The position numbers and the translations under genes are program-made. Positions 9,824-19,708 of a stretch of DNA of 64,000 nucleotides are shown piece after piece (position 1 is the stretch's first letter; each line of letters begins with the position of its first letter). The stretch is taken from assembly GCA_965205485.1 (NCBI GenBank), contig OZ242180.1, forward strand, positions 320,001 to 384,000, in the 5' to 3' direction. The notes below the pieces were generated by a model, which was not told the DNA's origin, made no database searches, and worked only from the letters and a program-made list of their open reading frames with translations. Source of the DNA: Candidatus Latescibacterota bacterium. GTDB taxonomy: Bacteria > Latescibacterota > UBA2968 > GCA-2709665.

Positions 9824-12800
9824 GTGAACCGATCCACGATCCTTTCCATCTGCCTCTTCGGCGCTGTACTAATCGGCATTTCGTCCGGCGCGCCGTCCCC
9901 TTCCGACGCCCAGCAGTTTCCCAGAAAATTCAAACACGGACCCACCGTGGACATTGCCGACGTGCCGTTGAACCGCACCATGCCCGATTATACATGGGAG
10001 CGGCACGAGCGTCATTTCTTCCCTTCCCTGCTCGGCCTGCACGTGCCGGGCGCACGGGCAATCCGCACGAAGTATTTCGCCATCTATTACGCGGAAGCGG
10101 AGAATACGGCGCGCCGCATCGCGGAAATCGCGGACGACACCTTCGAGAAGATATCCCGCCATTACCCCGGTTCCATAGAACGCTACGCCCCGATTCACGT
10201 GGTCGTTTCCGACATTGACATTCTCGGAAATGCCTTCTCCTTCTACCTTGGAAATCTCATCTCGTTCGGTTCCACGCCCCTCAACTGGGACTCGCGAGGC
10301 ACCCACGACTGGGTGCGCGACGTTTTTACCCACGAACTCACCCACCACATCACGCTCAAGGCCTCCCACAACAGCATGCCCTTCGTATTCGGCCTTCTCG
10401 GCAGCAGCCGCTCCAACCAGAACCCGGACTTCGGCTTCTTTCTCCCGCTCTACCACTCGGCCATGCCGAACTGGTACGCGGAAGGTATCGCACAATTCGA
10501 AGCTGAAGAGTACGGGGGTGACCTCTGGGACACCCACCGGGATATGATCCTGCGGATGGCCGCGCTCGAAGACGACCTGCTTTCATATACCGACATGAAC
10601 GTCTTCGGCAAAGACGGCTTCAAGTCGGAACAGGTCTACAACCAGGGCTATGCATTTCTGAACTACCTGGCCGACACCTACGGTCCGGATTCCGTGCGAG
10701 CCATGTCCCGCGACCGGCCGATCGTCAACTTCAAATCCTCCGTCAAGAAGAGCACGGGAATCTCGGCGCCCGATCTTTATGACGAATGGACCACGCATCT
10801 CGATCGCAGATACGGCGCCCTTGCGGACTCCATCCGGGCTGCCGGAGAGCGCGAGGGCGAACTGCTCTCCGACCGGGGCGACGTGGAACACTTCCCCACT
10901 TACTCGCCAGACGGCACGAAGATGGCGTTCATCAGCAACGAGGGCGGCGACTACGCGATCATGGAAATGCTCGTGATGGACCTGGCCACGCGAAAACTGA
11001 CAAAGGTGGCCAGGAGCCGGAAGTACGGGAAATACGTCAACCTGCCCTTTTCCTGGACACCCGATGGCAACAGCCTGGTATACAGCAAATCCGTCGGTGG
11101 CAACTGGGACATCTTCATCTACGATCTCACCACGCGCAAGGAGCGCCGGGTCACCGTCGGTCTGCGCGGGAGAGACCCCGCCGTGTCTCCCGACGGAACG
11201 GAAATCGCCTTCGTGGGGAACCGGGACGGGACATCCAACCTCGGCATCGTGAACCTCGACGGCACGGACATCCGCTATCTGACCAACAACAACAACGGGA
11301 CGCAATACTATACGCCCAGGTGGACGGAAGACGGCAGCAGACTGCTGTTCAGCATCTTTCGAGGGGAAGACCGGGACATTGCCGTAATCAACGCGGACGC
11401 CACGCCCAGGCCGAAAAAGACCGACACGAAGAAAACCGCGAAAGAAGAGCTGGCCGAACGCATCGCCGAAAGGAAGAAAATCGAAACCGAGGTGGACAGC
11501 GCCCAGGCGGAGGCAGACAGCCTCGCGCTGGCGGACGCCGCGCGTCGCGACAGCATGGTCGCGTTCCCCGACAGCCTGGCCTATGCCAACAATGCGGGCT
11601 TCGAAGTGATCATCAATACACGGGCCGACGAACGCGACGCGGTATGGCTGCCCGGCGGCGGCGGAATCGTATACGCCTCCGACCGGACCGGTATCTTCAA
11701 CATCTACGCCCTTGACCTCACAACGGGCAGGCAGGAGCAGCTCACCAACGTGATCGGCGGCGCCTTTTCCCCCTCGGTTTCGCCCGATGGCAACGAAGTC
11801 CTCTACTCGGGATACCACGCCGCGAATTACAACATCTACCGCATCCGGAAGTCCGGCGCCGCCGAGGCCGCGGGGGCCGATTCCCTGGTGCGGGACTACA
11901 GCAGCATCTACAAGGGCAAGAAAGTCGGCGACCTGTTCAACACCGGACGGTACGCCCCCCGCCTGGCCTCCATCGGCGTCGTACCCATCCTGGTGCTTGG
12001 ACCGACCTTTATCGGCAACCGGTTCGGCCTGGATCAGCTGAGCGCGGGCGCGGAAGCCACCTGGGGAGACCTCCTAGGAAGCGACAATATCTACGCCGGC
12101 TTTACCATTGGCAAGAACCTGAAGAAAGGCGTGGATCTGAACTCGAATTTTTCCGCGTTCTACACGAAGGGCCTGCCGGCGGTTCACACCGAAGACCGGA
12201 CGTACGCTCCCAGGTTTTTCATTGGCGCCAGCCAACAGACCATCAACAGCCATATCGATCGCGGTATCGTGGATTCCCGCCGCGACACCTCCTCGGGCAC
12301 GTTGCAGATCGTGATCGACGACACGCTCCGTCTGGTTCCCGGGGTGACCAGTTTCACCAACCTCTCGCTCACCCAGGAAGACATGTACAAAAACCTCTTC
12401 AGCGATTTTGTGGTGGGCGTTGAAGCCAGCATCGGCAGGCGTCAGGTGCTGTCAATGACCTGGGGCCACAGGAGGTACAAGGAGAGTACCCAAACGAAAC
12501 AGGTCATACTGGACAGCACGAGGCTGGTCCAGAACAGAGCCGGCGTCATTACGGATATAACCGATCAGATTCCGGGCCTGGGCGAAGACGAGGTTGTTTT
12601 CGACGATTTCCTGTATCGCGACCTCAGCTTCTTCAAGAGCAACGATGTCACGGTCGGCTGGCGATATTTCAATTTCCTGCCCGCGAAGGACATGTTCGTG
12701 AACCCGTCCAGGGGCAGGGCGATCACCTTGAGGTACCGGCGCATCAACGCCTCCGTCACCGACTCGCTTTTCAGGTCCCAGCTGAATCAGGACGGCGTTG

Positions 12801-13390
12801 CCGCCCCGACCTACATGTCGGACCCGACCAAGCTGGGTATCAACGAGTACATCTTTTCCTGGAATGAATTCATCGGTCTGCCTGGAAGAGCCACGCTGGC
12901 GCTGCAGGGATTCCTCGCCTACAAGGACAAGCCGATCAAAGACGTCCAGGAGAACACCTCCTCCGCCGAGGGCGTGTTCTACTATCCGCTGAGGTATTAC
13001 CTGGGCGGACTCGGCACACTCCGAGGGTATCCGTATTTCTCCACGGCCGGCGGGAAGGCCCTGCTCGCGAGAGCAAGCCTGACCTTTCCAATATTCAAAC
13101 ATGCGGCCAAAGAACTGCCGCCCTTCCACTTCGACAAGATCTACGGGACGCTCTTTGTGGAAACCGGCGCCACCGGGAATTTTGAAAGTCTCCGCGCATG
13201 GCTTGATTCAGAAGACAGGTTCAAACGTTCCGCTTTCCTGACCGACTGGGGTTTCGAGCTCCGCATGCAGATGTTCACACACTACCGCATCCCCCTTTAT
13301 GGTTATTTTCAGATCGCCTTTCCCACCCGCGATACCATTCAGGGCCGCGAGATCGACAAGAACCGGATCTACTTCGGCCTGACTATCTGA
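9824..13390 (+). CDS. Exported protein: MA-clan zinc-peptidase-like domain, TolB/PD40 beta-propeller, C-terminal Omp85/BamA-like barrel
   Basis: GTG start after AGGAG; signal peptide; HELTH plus WYAEGIAQ; repeated SPDG/TPDG PD40 motifs; YLGGLGTLRGY barrel-loop motif; ends RIYFGLTI. Confidence 0.8.
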   Translation: MNRSTILSICLFGAVLIGISSGAPSPSDAQQFPRKFKHGPTVDIADVPLNRTMPDYTWERHERHFFPSLLGLHVPGARAIRTKYFAIYYAEAENTARRIAEIADDTFEKISRHYPGSIERYAPIHVVVSDIDILGNAFSFYLGNLISFGSTPLNWDSRGTHDWVRDVFTHELTHHITLKASHNSMPFVFGLLGSSRSNQNPDFGFFLPLYHSAMPNWYAEGIAQFEAEEYGGDLWDTHRDMILRMAALEDDLLSYTDMNVFGKDGFKSEQVYNQGYAFLNYLADTYGPDSVRAMSRDRPIVNFKSSVKKSTGISAPDLYDEWTTHLDRRYGALADSIRAAGEREGELLSDRGDVEHFPTYSPDGTKMAFISNEGGDYAIMEMLVMDLATRKLTKVARSRKYGKYVNLPFSWTPDGNSLVYSKSVGGNWDIFIYDLTTRKERRVTVGLRGRDPAVSPDGTEIAFVGNRDGTSNLGIVNLDGTDIRYLTNNNNGTQYYTPRWTEDGSRLLFSIFRGEDRDIAVINADATPRPKKTDTKKTAKEELAERIAERKKIETEVDSAQAEADSLALADAARRDSMVAFPDSLAYANNAGFEVIINTRADERDAVWLPGGGGIVYASDRTGIFNIYALDLTTGRQEQLTNVIGGAFSPSVSPDGNEVLYSGYHAANYNIYRIRKSGAAEAAGADSLVRDYSSIYKGKKVGDLFNTGRYAPRLASIGVVPILVLGPTFIGNRFGLDQLSAGAEATWGDLLGSDNIYAGFTIGKNLKKGVDLNSNFSAFYTKGLPAVHTEDRTYAPRFFIGASQQTINSHIDRGIVDSRRDTSSGTLQIVIDDTLRLVPGVTSFTNLSLTQEDMYKNLFSDFVVGVEASIGRRQVLSMTWGHRRYKESTQTKQVILDSTRLVQNRAGVITDITDQIPGLGEDEVVFDDFLYRDLSFFKSNDVTVGWRYFNFLPAKDMFVNPSRGRAITLRYRRINASVTDSLFRSQLNQDGVAAPTYMSDPTKLGINEYIFSWNEFIGLPGRATLALQGFLAYKDKPIKDVQENTSSAEGVFYYPLRYYLGGLGTLRGYPYFSTAGGKALLARASLTFPIFKHAAKELPPFHFDKIYGTLFVETGATGNFESLRAWLDSEDRFKRSAFLTDWGFELRMQMFTHYRIPLYGYFQIAFPTRDTIQGREIDKNRIYFGLTI

Positions 13391-13412
13391 AACGCGTAGC
13401 CCTGGTACCGAT

Positions 13413-13448
13413 CGGGGATCGAATCTGCAGCAGATCGATCCCCGTTTT
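13413..13448 (+). terminator. Probable intrinsic terminator
   Basis: CGGGGATCGA...TCGATCCCCG stem followed by TTTT, 23 nt after the stop. Confidence 0.65.
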
Positions 13449-13570
13449 CGCGCCTCTACCTGAAAACTCGATTTCAGCCACGGATTTTTCGTCTCTTCGC
13501 CGTTCGTTCTTGCACGTTTTTCGCCTTTCGTTTTCTCGTAGTCTCGTCTTTTCGTATTCTCGTCCTCTCT

Positions 13571-14440
13571 ATGCTTCCTCTCATTCGATCCCTCCGGCCG
13601 AACCAGTGGATAAAGAGCGTGTTCGTACTCGCCCCGCTCGTCTTTTCGGAACACCTGCTCGACGGGCGCTATCTGTTGCGCAGCGGCGGCGCATTCGTTC
13701 TCTTCTGCCTCATGTCGAGCGCGGTCTACCTTCTGAATGACATTCGAGACGTCGAATCCGATCGGCGTCACCCCGAGAAGCGCAACCGGCCCATTGCATC
13801 GGGGCTGTTAAGCCCTGGCGCGGCGTCCGCAGCCGCCATCGTTATCGCCCTCTCGGCGCTTCCGCCGGGTTTTCTGCTGAGTACCTCATTTGGATGGGTT
13901 CTGTTGGCCTACGGGCTGATGAACGTCGCCTATTCGCTCTATTTGAAACACGTCGTCATTCTGGACGTGATGATCATCGCTACCGGATACCTGTTGCGGG
14001 CCATCGCGGGCGCACTGGTCATCAACGTGGCGATCTCCTCGTGGCTCATCCTGTGCACGGTGTTGCTGGCGCTGTTCATGGGTTTTGTCAAACGCCGGCA
14101 GGAACTGATCCTCCTGGAAGCCGGCGCGGCCGAACACCGGCGCATTCTGGATGAATACACGCCGCGGTTCCTGGACCAGATGATCGCCGTCGTCACGGCC
14201 GGCGCTCTCGTCTCGTACGCGCTCTACACTATGTCACCCGACGTCGCACAGAAACTCGGAACGCCGCATCTCAATCTCACCATTCCCTTCGTGATCTACG
14301 GGCTTCTGCGCTATCTCTATCTGGTCTATGCCAGGAACCAGGGCGGTAATCCATCCTCAACCATTCTGGGCGACCCGTCGCTGATGATCAACGGCGGCCT
14401 CTGGTTTCTTGCCGTCTTTGCCCTGCTCTATTTCAAATAA
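13571..14440 (+). CDS. UbiA-family prenyltransferase, polyprenyl-phosphate phosphoribosyltransferase-like
   Basis: LRPNQWIKS; YLLNDIRDVESDRRHPEKRNRPIASG; YSLYLKH; KRRQE; multiple TM helices. Confidence 0.88.
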   Translation: MLPLIRSLRPNQWIKSVFVLAPLVFSEHLLDGRYLLRSGGAFVLFCLMSSAVYLLNDIRDVESDRRHPEKRNRPIASGLLSPGAASAAAIVIALSALPPGFLLSTSFGWVLLAYGLMNVAYSLYLKHVVILDVMIIATGYLLRAIAGALVINVAISSWLILCTVLLALFMGFVKRRQELILLEAGAAEHRRILDEYTPRFLDQMIAVVTAGALVSYALYTMSPDVAQKLGTPHLNLTIPFVIYGLLRYLYLVYARNQGGNPSSTILGDPSLMINGGLWFLAVFALLYFK

Positions 14441-14502
14441 ACCGGACCTTACCAGCGTTACCGCGCCGACCCCCAGGTCGGCAACGCTCGAAAGCGCTCA
14501 TT

Positions 14503-15774
14503 ATGCAGAGCCGGGTAGCTGTTCTGAAAACCAGACCTGAAACGGTCTTGAGAGACTATCACAGGCTCTTGAACCTGGCGGGGTACCAGGACGTCCTGGA
14601 CAGGAAGCTCGACACCGCCCTCAAGGTCAATATTTCATGGCACTTTTTCTATCCGGGCAGTTCCACGACACCATGGCAACTCGAAGGCGTGATCCGCGCG
14701 ATGGCAAGGGACGGCTATCGCAAAGACCTGATCCACGCCTGCCACAACCGAACGGTCGTCATTGACGCCCGGCTGGGTGAGCGGGAGAACAAGCAGGTCC
14801 ACGTTGTCAACGCCCACGGCCTGCGGAACATCCACCTCTACGAAGGCGAGGAGTGGATCCACATACGCGATGCAGTGGGCAATCTCGCGGACGGGTTCCT
14901 GTGCCTGAACCAGGTCTACCCCGACGGCTTCCATATTCCCCGCCGCCTGATCGGGGAAAACATCGTCCACCTGCCCACTGTAAAGACGCACGTCTTTACG
15001 ACCACAACCGGAGCAATGAAAAATGCCTTCGGCGGCCTCCTCAACGAACGGCGCCACTGGACCCATCCGGTTATCCACGAGACCCTCGTGGACCTGCTGA
15101 TGATTCAGAAGAAAATCCATCCCGGCGTATTCGCGGTGATGGACGGGACTTTCGCCGGAGACGGGCCCGGTCCCCGATGCATGATACCCTATACCAAAAA
15201 CGTCATCCTTGCGAGCGCCGACCAGGTCGCCATCGATGCGGTTGCCGCCAGGATGATGGGGATGGATCCGCTATCCATCAAATACATCCGGCTCGCCCAC
15301 GACATGGGCCTGGGTTGCGGCGACCCGCGCGGGATCCGGATTTTGGGTGATACCTCCGCGGCCGAAGAAAACTGGCAATTCGCGGGTCCCTTCCGCAAAA
15401 TGACGTTCGCATCCCGAATGCAGCACAAGATCTATTGGGGACCACTCAAGAAGCCTGTCGAGTGGTCTCTCAAGACCTTCCTTGCGCCGTGGTCCTACCT
15501 GGCCAGCGTCCTCTACCACGACACCTTCTGGTATCCGTTTCTGGCCCGAAAACGAATGCGGGATGTTCTGGAAAGCGAGTGGGGCCGGCTCTTCAGGAAC
15601 TGGGAGCGTCTCGGCTCCACGGACGACGGCTACGACACCGTGGGAGATACCGCCGCCGAGATCCGCCGGACCGGATTCAACGCATTCAGGCGCTCTCTTG
15701 GCGTCCTGGTTTCCTGCATTCGAGAGGCCCCGGAATTCCTCACGCTGCGAAAGCGGCAGATGCATGAGAAGTAG
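14503..15774 (+). CDS. DUF362-domain protein
   Basis: LKVNISW; HLPTVKTHVFTTTTGAMKNAFGG; VMDG...GPGP; ASADQVAIDAVAARMMG. Confidence 0.8.
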   Translation: MQSRVAVLKTRPETVLRDYHRLLNLAGYQDVLDRKLDTALKVNISWHFFYPGSSTTPWQLEGVIRAMARDGYRKDLIHACHNRTVVIDARLGERENKQVHVVNAHGLRNIHLYEGEEWIHIRDAVGNLADGFLCLNQVYPDGFHIPRRLIGENIVHLPTVKTHVFTTTTGAMKNAFGGLLNERRHWTHPVIHETLVDLLMIQKKIHPGVFAVMDGTFAGDGPGPRCMIPYTKNVILASADQVAIDAVAARMMGMDPLSIKYIRLAHDMGLGCGDPRGIRILGDTSAAEENWQFAGPFRKMTFASRMQHKIYWGPLKKPVEWSLKTFLAPWSYLASVLYHDTFWYPFLARKRMRDVLESEWGRLFRNWERLGSTDDGYDTVGDTAAEIRRTGFNAFRRSLGVLVSCIREAPEFLTLRKRQMHEK

Positions 15775-16850
15775 TGCAACCTCCACGATCCATGCGCGCG
15801 CCTTCCTCCGAGCCGACGATCGAGGTCATCAGACGGATCGCTCCCACCAACCCGGGCGGCGGGTCCCCGGTTGAAGATGTCCGACCCATCCCCGGTCACC
15901 CTGACGTCTGGATAGTCACCCTCGTCGACGGTTCATTCCTCGTTGCCAAACAACACGCTTTCGCTCCTCTGGTACGCGGCGAACCTCACGACCTGCTGGC
16001 CGTTGAACGGCTCGCGCACGCACGCCTGTCCGGGGCGCCAGTCCCGACGCTATATGCTGCCGACAGTGACCACGACCTGGTCTTTTTCGAGTGGTGCGGC
16101 GACCGCACGCTCGACGACGTCTGCCAGGAGGGGGCTGCGGGAGTCTACGGCCGTCTGGTCGTTGATGGCTTTACCCGGATTCAATCCGCGTTTCACGAAC
16201 ATGTCGACGATTTCGCCCCGCGTACCTTTCCGGGGTGTTACCCGCAGGACCTGCGCCGGACGTGGCGGCGAACAACCCGAAATCTCGCCGGATCCCTGAC
16301 CAGCTTCGCCGAACGGCTTTCTCGATCCGTGCATCGAAGGCGTTTCACCGCGGAATCAGATACGCTAACCGAGCTTCTCCAATTCCTCGAACAGGCAGCG
16401 CCGCTGGCCGGTCCAACCGACTACCACGCACGCAACATCGTCATCAACCGGGCCACGCGATCGCTCCGTTTCATCGAATTCTCCAAGGTCGGCTGGGACT
16501 GGCCCGAACGCCGGCTCACACAGTATACAACCTCCCACGGCGCCGGGCGACTGACCGGCGGAACTGTCAGCGTGCTGACGCCTGCCCTGACCGGGCGATA
16601 TGCCGCGCTTGCATCGAAATACCGCGAGGAGCCACCCGAGCAGATTGCGGCCCTTCTGGACGGGCACCATTTCGTCTTTCACCTCCTGGCCGCTCAATCT
16701 CTCCTCGACGCCCTGCCCGATCCCCGGCATCCGCTGCTGGACAGGTGGCGGAACCCCGAGGCGCGCCTGGAACAACTGCGACGAATCCTCTCGATGCCCC
16801 TCTGCGACGATCCCCGGACGTCCGAGCTTCGATCCTGCTTTAAATCCTGA
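15774..16850 (+). CDS. Aminoglycoside-phosphotransferase/kinase-like fold protein
   Basis: VAK lysine; PVPTLY; TDYHARN catalytic-loop-like; IEF at the DFG position; start overlaps the upstream stop. Confidence 0.6.
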   Translation: MQPPRSMRAPSSEPTIEVIRRIAPTNPGGGSPVEDVRPIPGHPDVWIVTLVDGSFLVAKQHAFAPLVRGEPHDLLAVERLAHARLSGAPVPTLYAADSDHDLVFFEWCGDRTLDDVCQEGAAGVYGRLVVDGFTRIQSAFHEHVDDFAPRTFPGCYPQDLRRTWRRTTRNLAGSLTSFAERLSRSVHRRRFTAESDTLTELLQFLEQAAPLAGPTDYHARNIVINRATRSLRFIEFSKVGWDWPERRLTQYTTSHGAGRLTGGTVSVLTPALTGRYAALASKYREEPPEQIAALLDGHHFVFHLLAAQSLLDALPDPRHPLLDRWRNPEARLEQLRRILSMPLCDDPRTSELRSCFKS

Positions 16851-16959
16851 TCTCGCCACGAGTCCCGCCCACGATTGACCACCACATGGTGAATAATCTT
16901 CCGCTCCGTTTGCCAGCGAATCGGCAGATGGCGTATCACGACATGAACGCCCAAAGTGG

Positions 16960-16988
16960 TTGACATCCCCCCGCAATTGGCCTATCGT
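16960..16988 (+). promoter_or_regulatory. Sigma70-type promoter
   Basis: TTGACA-17 nt-TATCGT upstream of ATG 17044. Confidence 0.6.
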
Positions 16989-17043
16989 AATTTCCGAAGG
17001 ATCGAGCGCCCCTGTCTCCCTTCATCTCATAAAAATTACAAAT

Positions 17044-18057
17044 ATGTGCGCCTTCCTGCCACCCGGGAAACTTCCGCTGGAAATGCTCTCCGGCCTGCTG
17101 CGCGAATGTACCGCCGAAGACGAGCGCATCCTGGTCGGGCCCCAAGTGGGCGAGGACGCCGCCGTTATTGACTTTGGCGGCACCTGCCTGGTCGTGAAGA
17201 CCGACCCGATCACCTTCGCCACGGACGAAATCGGCCACTATGCGGTCCACGTCAACGCCAACGATATCGCGACGATGGGGGCCGTTCCCCGCTGGTTCCT
17301 GGCCACCCTGCTCCTGCCGGAAGGCCGGACGAGCGAAACGCTGGTTCGGACCATCTTCGACTCGCTCCAACATGCCGCGGGCAAAATCGGCGTCTCTCTC
17401 TGCGGCGGCCACACCGAAATCACCGTCGGCCTGGACCGGCCGATCGTCGTCGGCCAGATGCTCGGCGAAGTCTCCCGGGAGCGCCTCATCCGGTCCAGCG
17501 GCCTGCAGGCGGGCGACCGTATTCTGCTGACCGGGGGGCTGGGGCTCGAAGCCACGGCCATTCTGGCGAGAGAAAAGGAAGCCGAACTGCGCGACCGGGG
17601 GTTCGATGCCGGCCTCCTGAAAACAGCACGCGAATACCTGCATACTCCGGGGATCAGTATTCTCGAGGAGGCGCGCATCGCCTGCGAAACTGCGACCGTA
17701 CACGCGATGCACGACCCTACGGAGGGCGGCGTTGCCACGGCGCTACGGGAACTGGCCGCCGCATCCGGCTGCGGCCTCTCCGTAGAAGCGGATGCGCTTT
17801 TCGCCTCCGAAGAAACGCGCCTCCTCTGCGATGCGTTCCAGCTCGATCCGCTGGGTATCATCTCATCGGGCGCGCTGTTGATCGGCGTCGCGCCGGAATA
17901 CGCCGACCGAGTCCGCGAAGCCATCCGAGCCGCGGGCATCCCCTGCGAAATTGTCGCGCGTGCGGAACCATCCGAATTCGGGCTCAAGCTCCGCATTAAC
18001 GACACTGTCGGCGACCTTCCCGAATTCGACCGGGATGAAATAAGCAAGATCTTCTGA
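17044..18057 (+). CDS. AIR synthase (PurM)-like family protein, HypE-related
   Basis: GEDAAV; KTDPITF; NANDIATMGA; GGHTE; MHDPTEGG. Confidence 0.85.
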   Translation: MCAFLPPGKLPLEMLSGLLRECTAEDERILVGPQVGEDAAVIDFGGTCLVVKTDPITFATDEIGHYAVHVNANDIATMGAVPRWFLATLLLPEGRTSETLVRTIFDSLQHAAGKIGVSLCGGHTEITVGLDRPIVVGQMLGEVSRERLIRSSGLQAGDRILLTGGLGLEATAILAREKEAELRDRGFDAGLLKTAREYLHTPGISILEEARIACETATVHAMHDPTEGGVATALRELAAASGCGLSVEADALFASEETRLLCDAFQLDPLGIISSGALLIGVAPEYADRVREAIRAAGIPCEIVARAEPSEFGLKLRINDTVGDLPEFDRDEISKIF

Positions 18058-18166
18058 CTCGGATCGGTTGTCCTGTCCCGAAAGCTCCACCACCCCTTGG
18101 CGCGGCTTCACTCTGCTTATCCGAAAATAGATAGGCGGAAGGGAACCCGCGCGCTTGAAGGACCAA

Positions 18167-18252
18167 TCACTCCCCCCTTGAGGGGGAGTCGCAGAAGCCG
18201 AGCCGTCCCCTGAGCTTGTCGAAGGGCCGGCGACGGCTGATGCGGTGGGGGG
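18167..18252. repeat. REP-like palindromic element, copy 1
   Basis: CTCCCCCCTTGAGGGGGAGTCG...CGGTGGGGGG with nested CCCTGAGCTTGTCGAAGGG; related inverted copy at 30692-30757. Confidence 0.65.
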
Positions 18253-18333
18253 ATTCCAATTCCATATGCATGCAGCATGATTAATCAAGTACGTATCTTA
18301 CGCTGACATCAACGGTTTGTGTTCTTGATTCAA

Positions 18334-18368
18334 GCTGATGGCTGAGAGCTGACAGCTGATGGCTAATT
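18334..18368. repeat. Degenerate 7-mer tandem repeat (GCTGAnn)
   Basis: GCTGATG GCTGAGA GCTGACA GCTGATG GCTAATT. Confidence 0.7.
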
Positions 18369-18463
18369 TCCCTGACTGCTGAATCTGCTTGTCCGCAATT
18401 GGCGTAACGCCTAAATTAGACACGGCAGCTCCGGATTCCATCGCACTTTTGGGAGTACTTGAC

Positions 18464-19621
18464 GTGACGGACCAAAACGGCTTCACCTTCCATTCCCCCA
18501 CGCGCCTCTTCGTCGGCCGCGGGAGCGTTTCGGAAATCACTGGGATTCTCTCGGAACGAACAGAAAAAAAGGCCCTCGTCGTTACCGATAAGGGACTCGT
18601 CAAGGCCGGTGTGGCCCAGCAGGCCACCGGCGTCCTCGAGGCCGCGGGGATCCCGTTTGCGGTTTACGACGGCGTGGAAGAAAACCCTCCGGCCCACGTC
18701 GTTCAGGCATGTTTCGATCTTTACGAATCAGCGGGTTGTGACTGGCTCCTGGCCATCGGCGGCGGTTCTTCGATGGACACCGCCAAGTGCGCCGGGGTTC
18801 TGGCTGAAAACGGGGGCCGAATCGAAGACCACTTCGGTCTCCTGCAGGACCGGAAACGGGTGCCCTTCCTGTTGTGCGTGCCAACGACCTACGGCACCGC
18901 CAGCGAGGTCACCCCTTTCGCCGTCGTCACGGACGACAACCATTTCAAGGCCGCGGTTGGTGGCCCGCACGTCATTCCGGACGTCGGCATTCTTGACGCC
19001 GATGTAGCCGTCGGCCTGCCGATGCCCATCGCCGCCGCAACCGGAATGGACGCGCTCACCCACGCGGTGGAATCCTACGTCGCACGCGCCTCCAACCCGA
19101 TTGCCGACGGCCTGGCGCTGCACGCCATCCGTCTGACTGCACGGAACCTGCGGCAGGCCGCTTCAAGCAACCACAATTACGAAGCCACCGAACAGATGCT
19201 GCTCGCGAGCAATATGGCGGGCATCGCCTTCTCGCAGACGCGTCTTGGCAACGTGCACGCGATGTCACACGCCGTGGGCGGCCATTACGGTGTCCCTCAC
19301 GGCGTCGCCAACGCCATCCTGCTCACACGGGTCATGGACTTCAACAAAGTCGCGTGCCCGGAACGCTTCGCCGACATCGCCGTCGCGCTGGGTGAGAATA
19401 TCGAAGGCCTGTCCCACGTGGAAGCCGCCGACGTTGCCGTGGAGGCGGTGCAATCCCTGGCTTCCGACGTGGGCATTCCCGACACGCTCACCGAAGTGGG
19501 CGTTCCGCCTGAAGGTATTTCCGTGTTGGCGGAAGACGCGATGAAAAGCGGAAATATCCAGATCAACCCGCGCCACACCACGCTCAAGGACATCATCGCG
19601 CTCTACGAAGCCGCCATGTGA
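18464..19621 (+). CDS. Iron-containing alcohol dehydrogenase
   Basis: GTG after GGGAG; GGGSSMDTAK; GMDALTHAVE; HAMSH; HGVANA. Confidence 0.92.
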   Translation: MTDQNGFTFHSPTRLFVGRGSVSEITGILSERTEKKALVVTDKGLVKAGVAQQATGVLEAAGIPFAVYDGVEENPPAHVVQACFDLYESAGCDWLLAIGGGSSMDTAKCAGVLAENGGRIEDHFGLLQDRKRVPFLLCVPTTYGTASEVTPFAVVTDDNHFKAAVGGPHVIPDVGILDADVAVGLPMPIAAATGMDALTHAVESYVARASNPIADGLALHAIRLTARNLRQAASSNHNYEATEQMLLASNMAGIAFSQTRLGNVHAMSHAVGGHYGVPHGVANAILLTRVMDFNKVACPERFADIAVALGENIEGLSHVEAADVAVEAVQSLASDVGIPDTLTEVGVPPEGISVLAEDAMKSGNIQINPRHTTLKDIIALYEAAM

Positions 19622-19708
19622 TAGTCCCGCGCATCCGAACATTATTCGTACGGCTCTTGGTGCAAGACCCGAATTCTGAACTTTGTCCTATTTGACCGGA
19701 GGCCCAAC

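Noticed and set aside
17044..18057. HypE or SelD
   Set aside because: PurM-fold motifs only; no C-terminal PRIC of HypE, no N-terminal Cys/Sec-x-x-Lys motif of SelD, no hydrogenase genes
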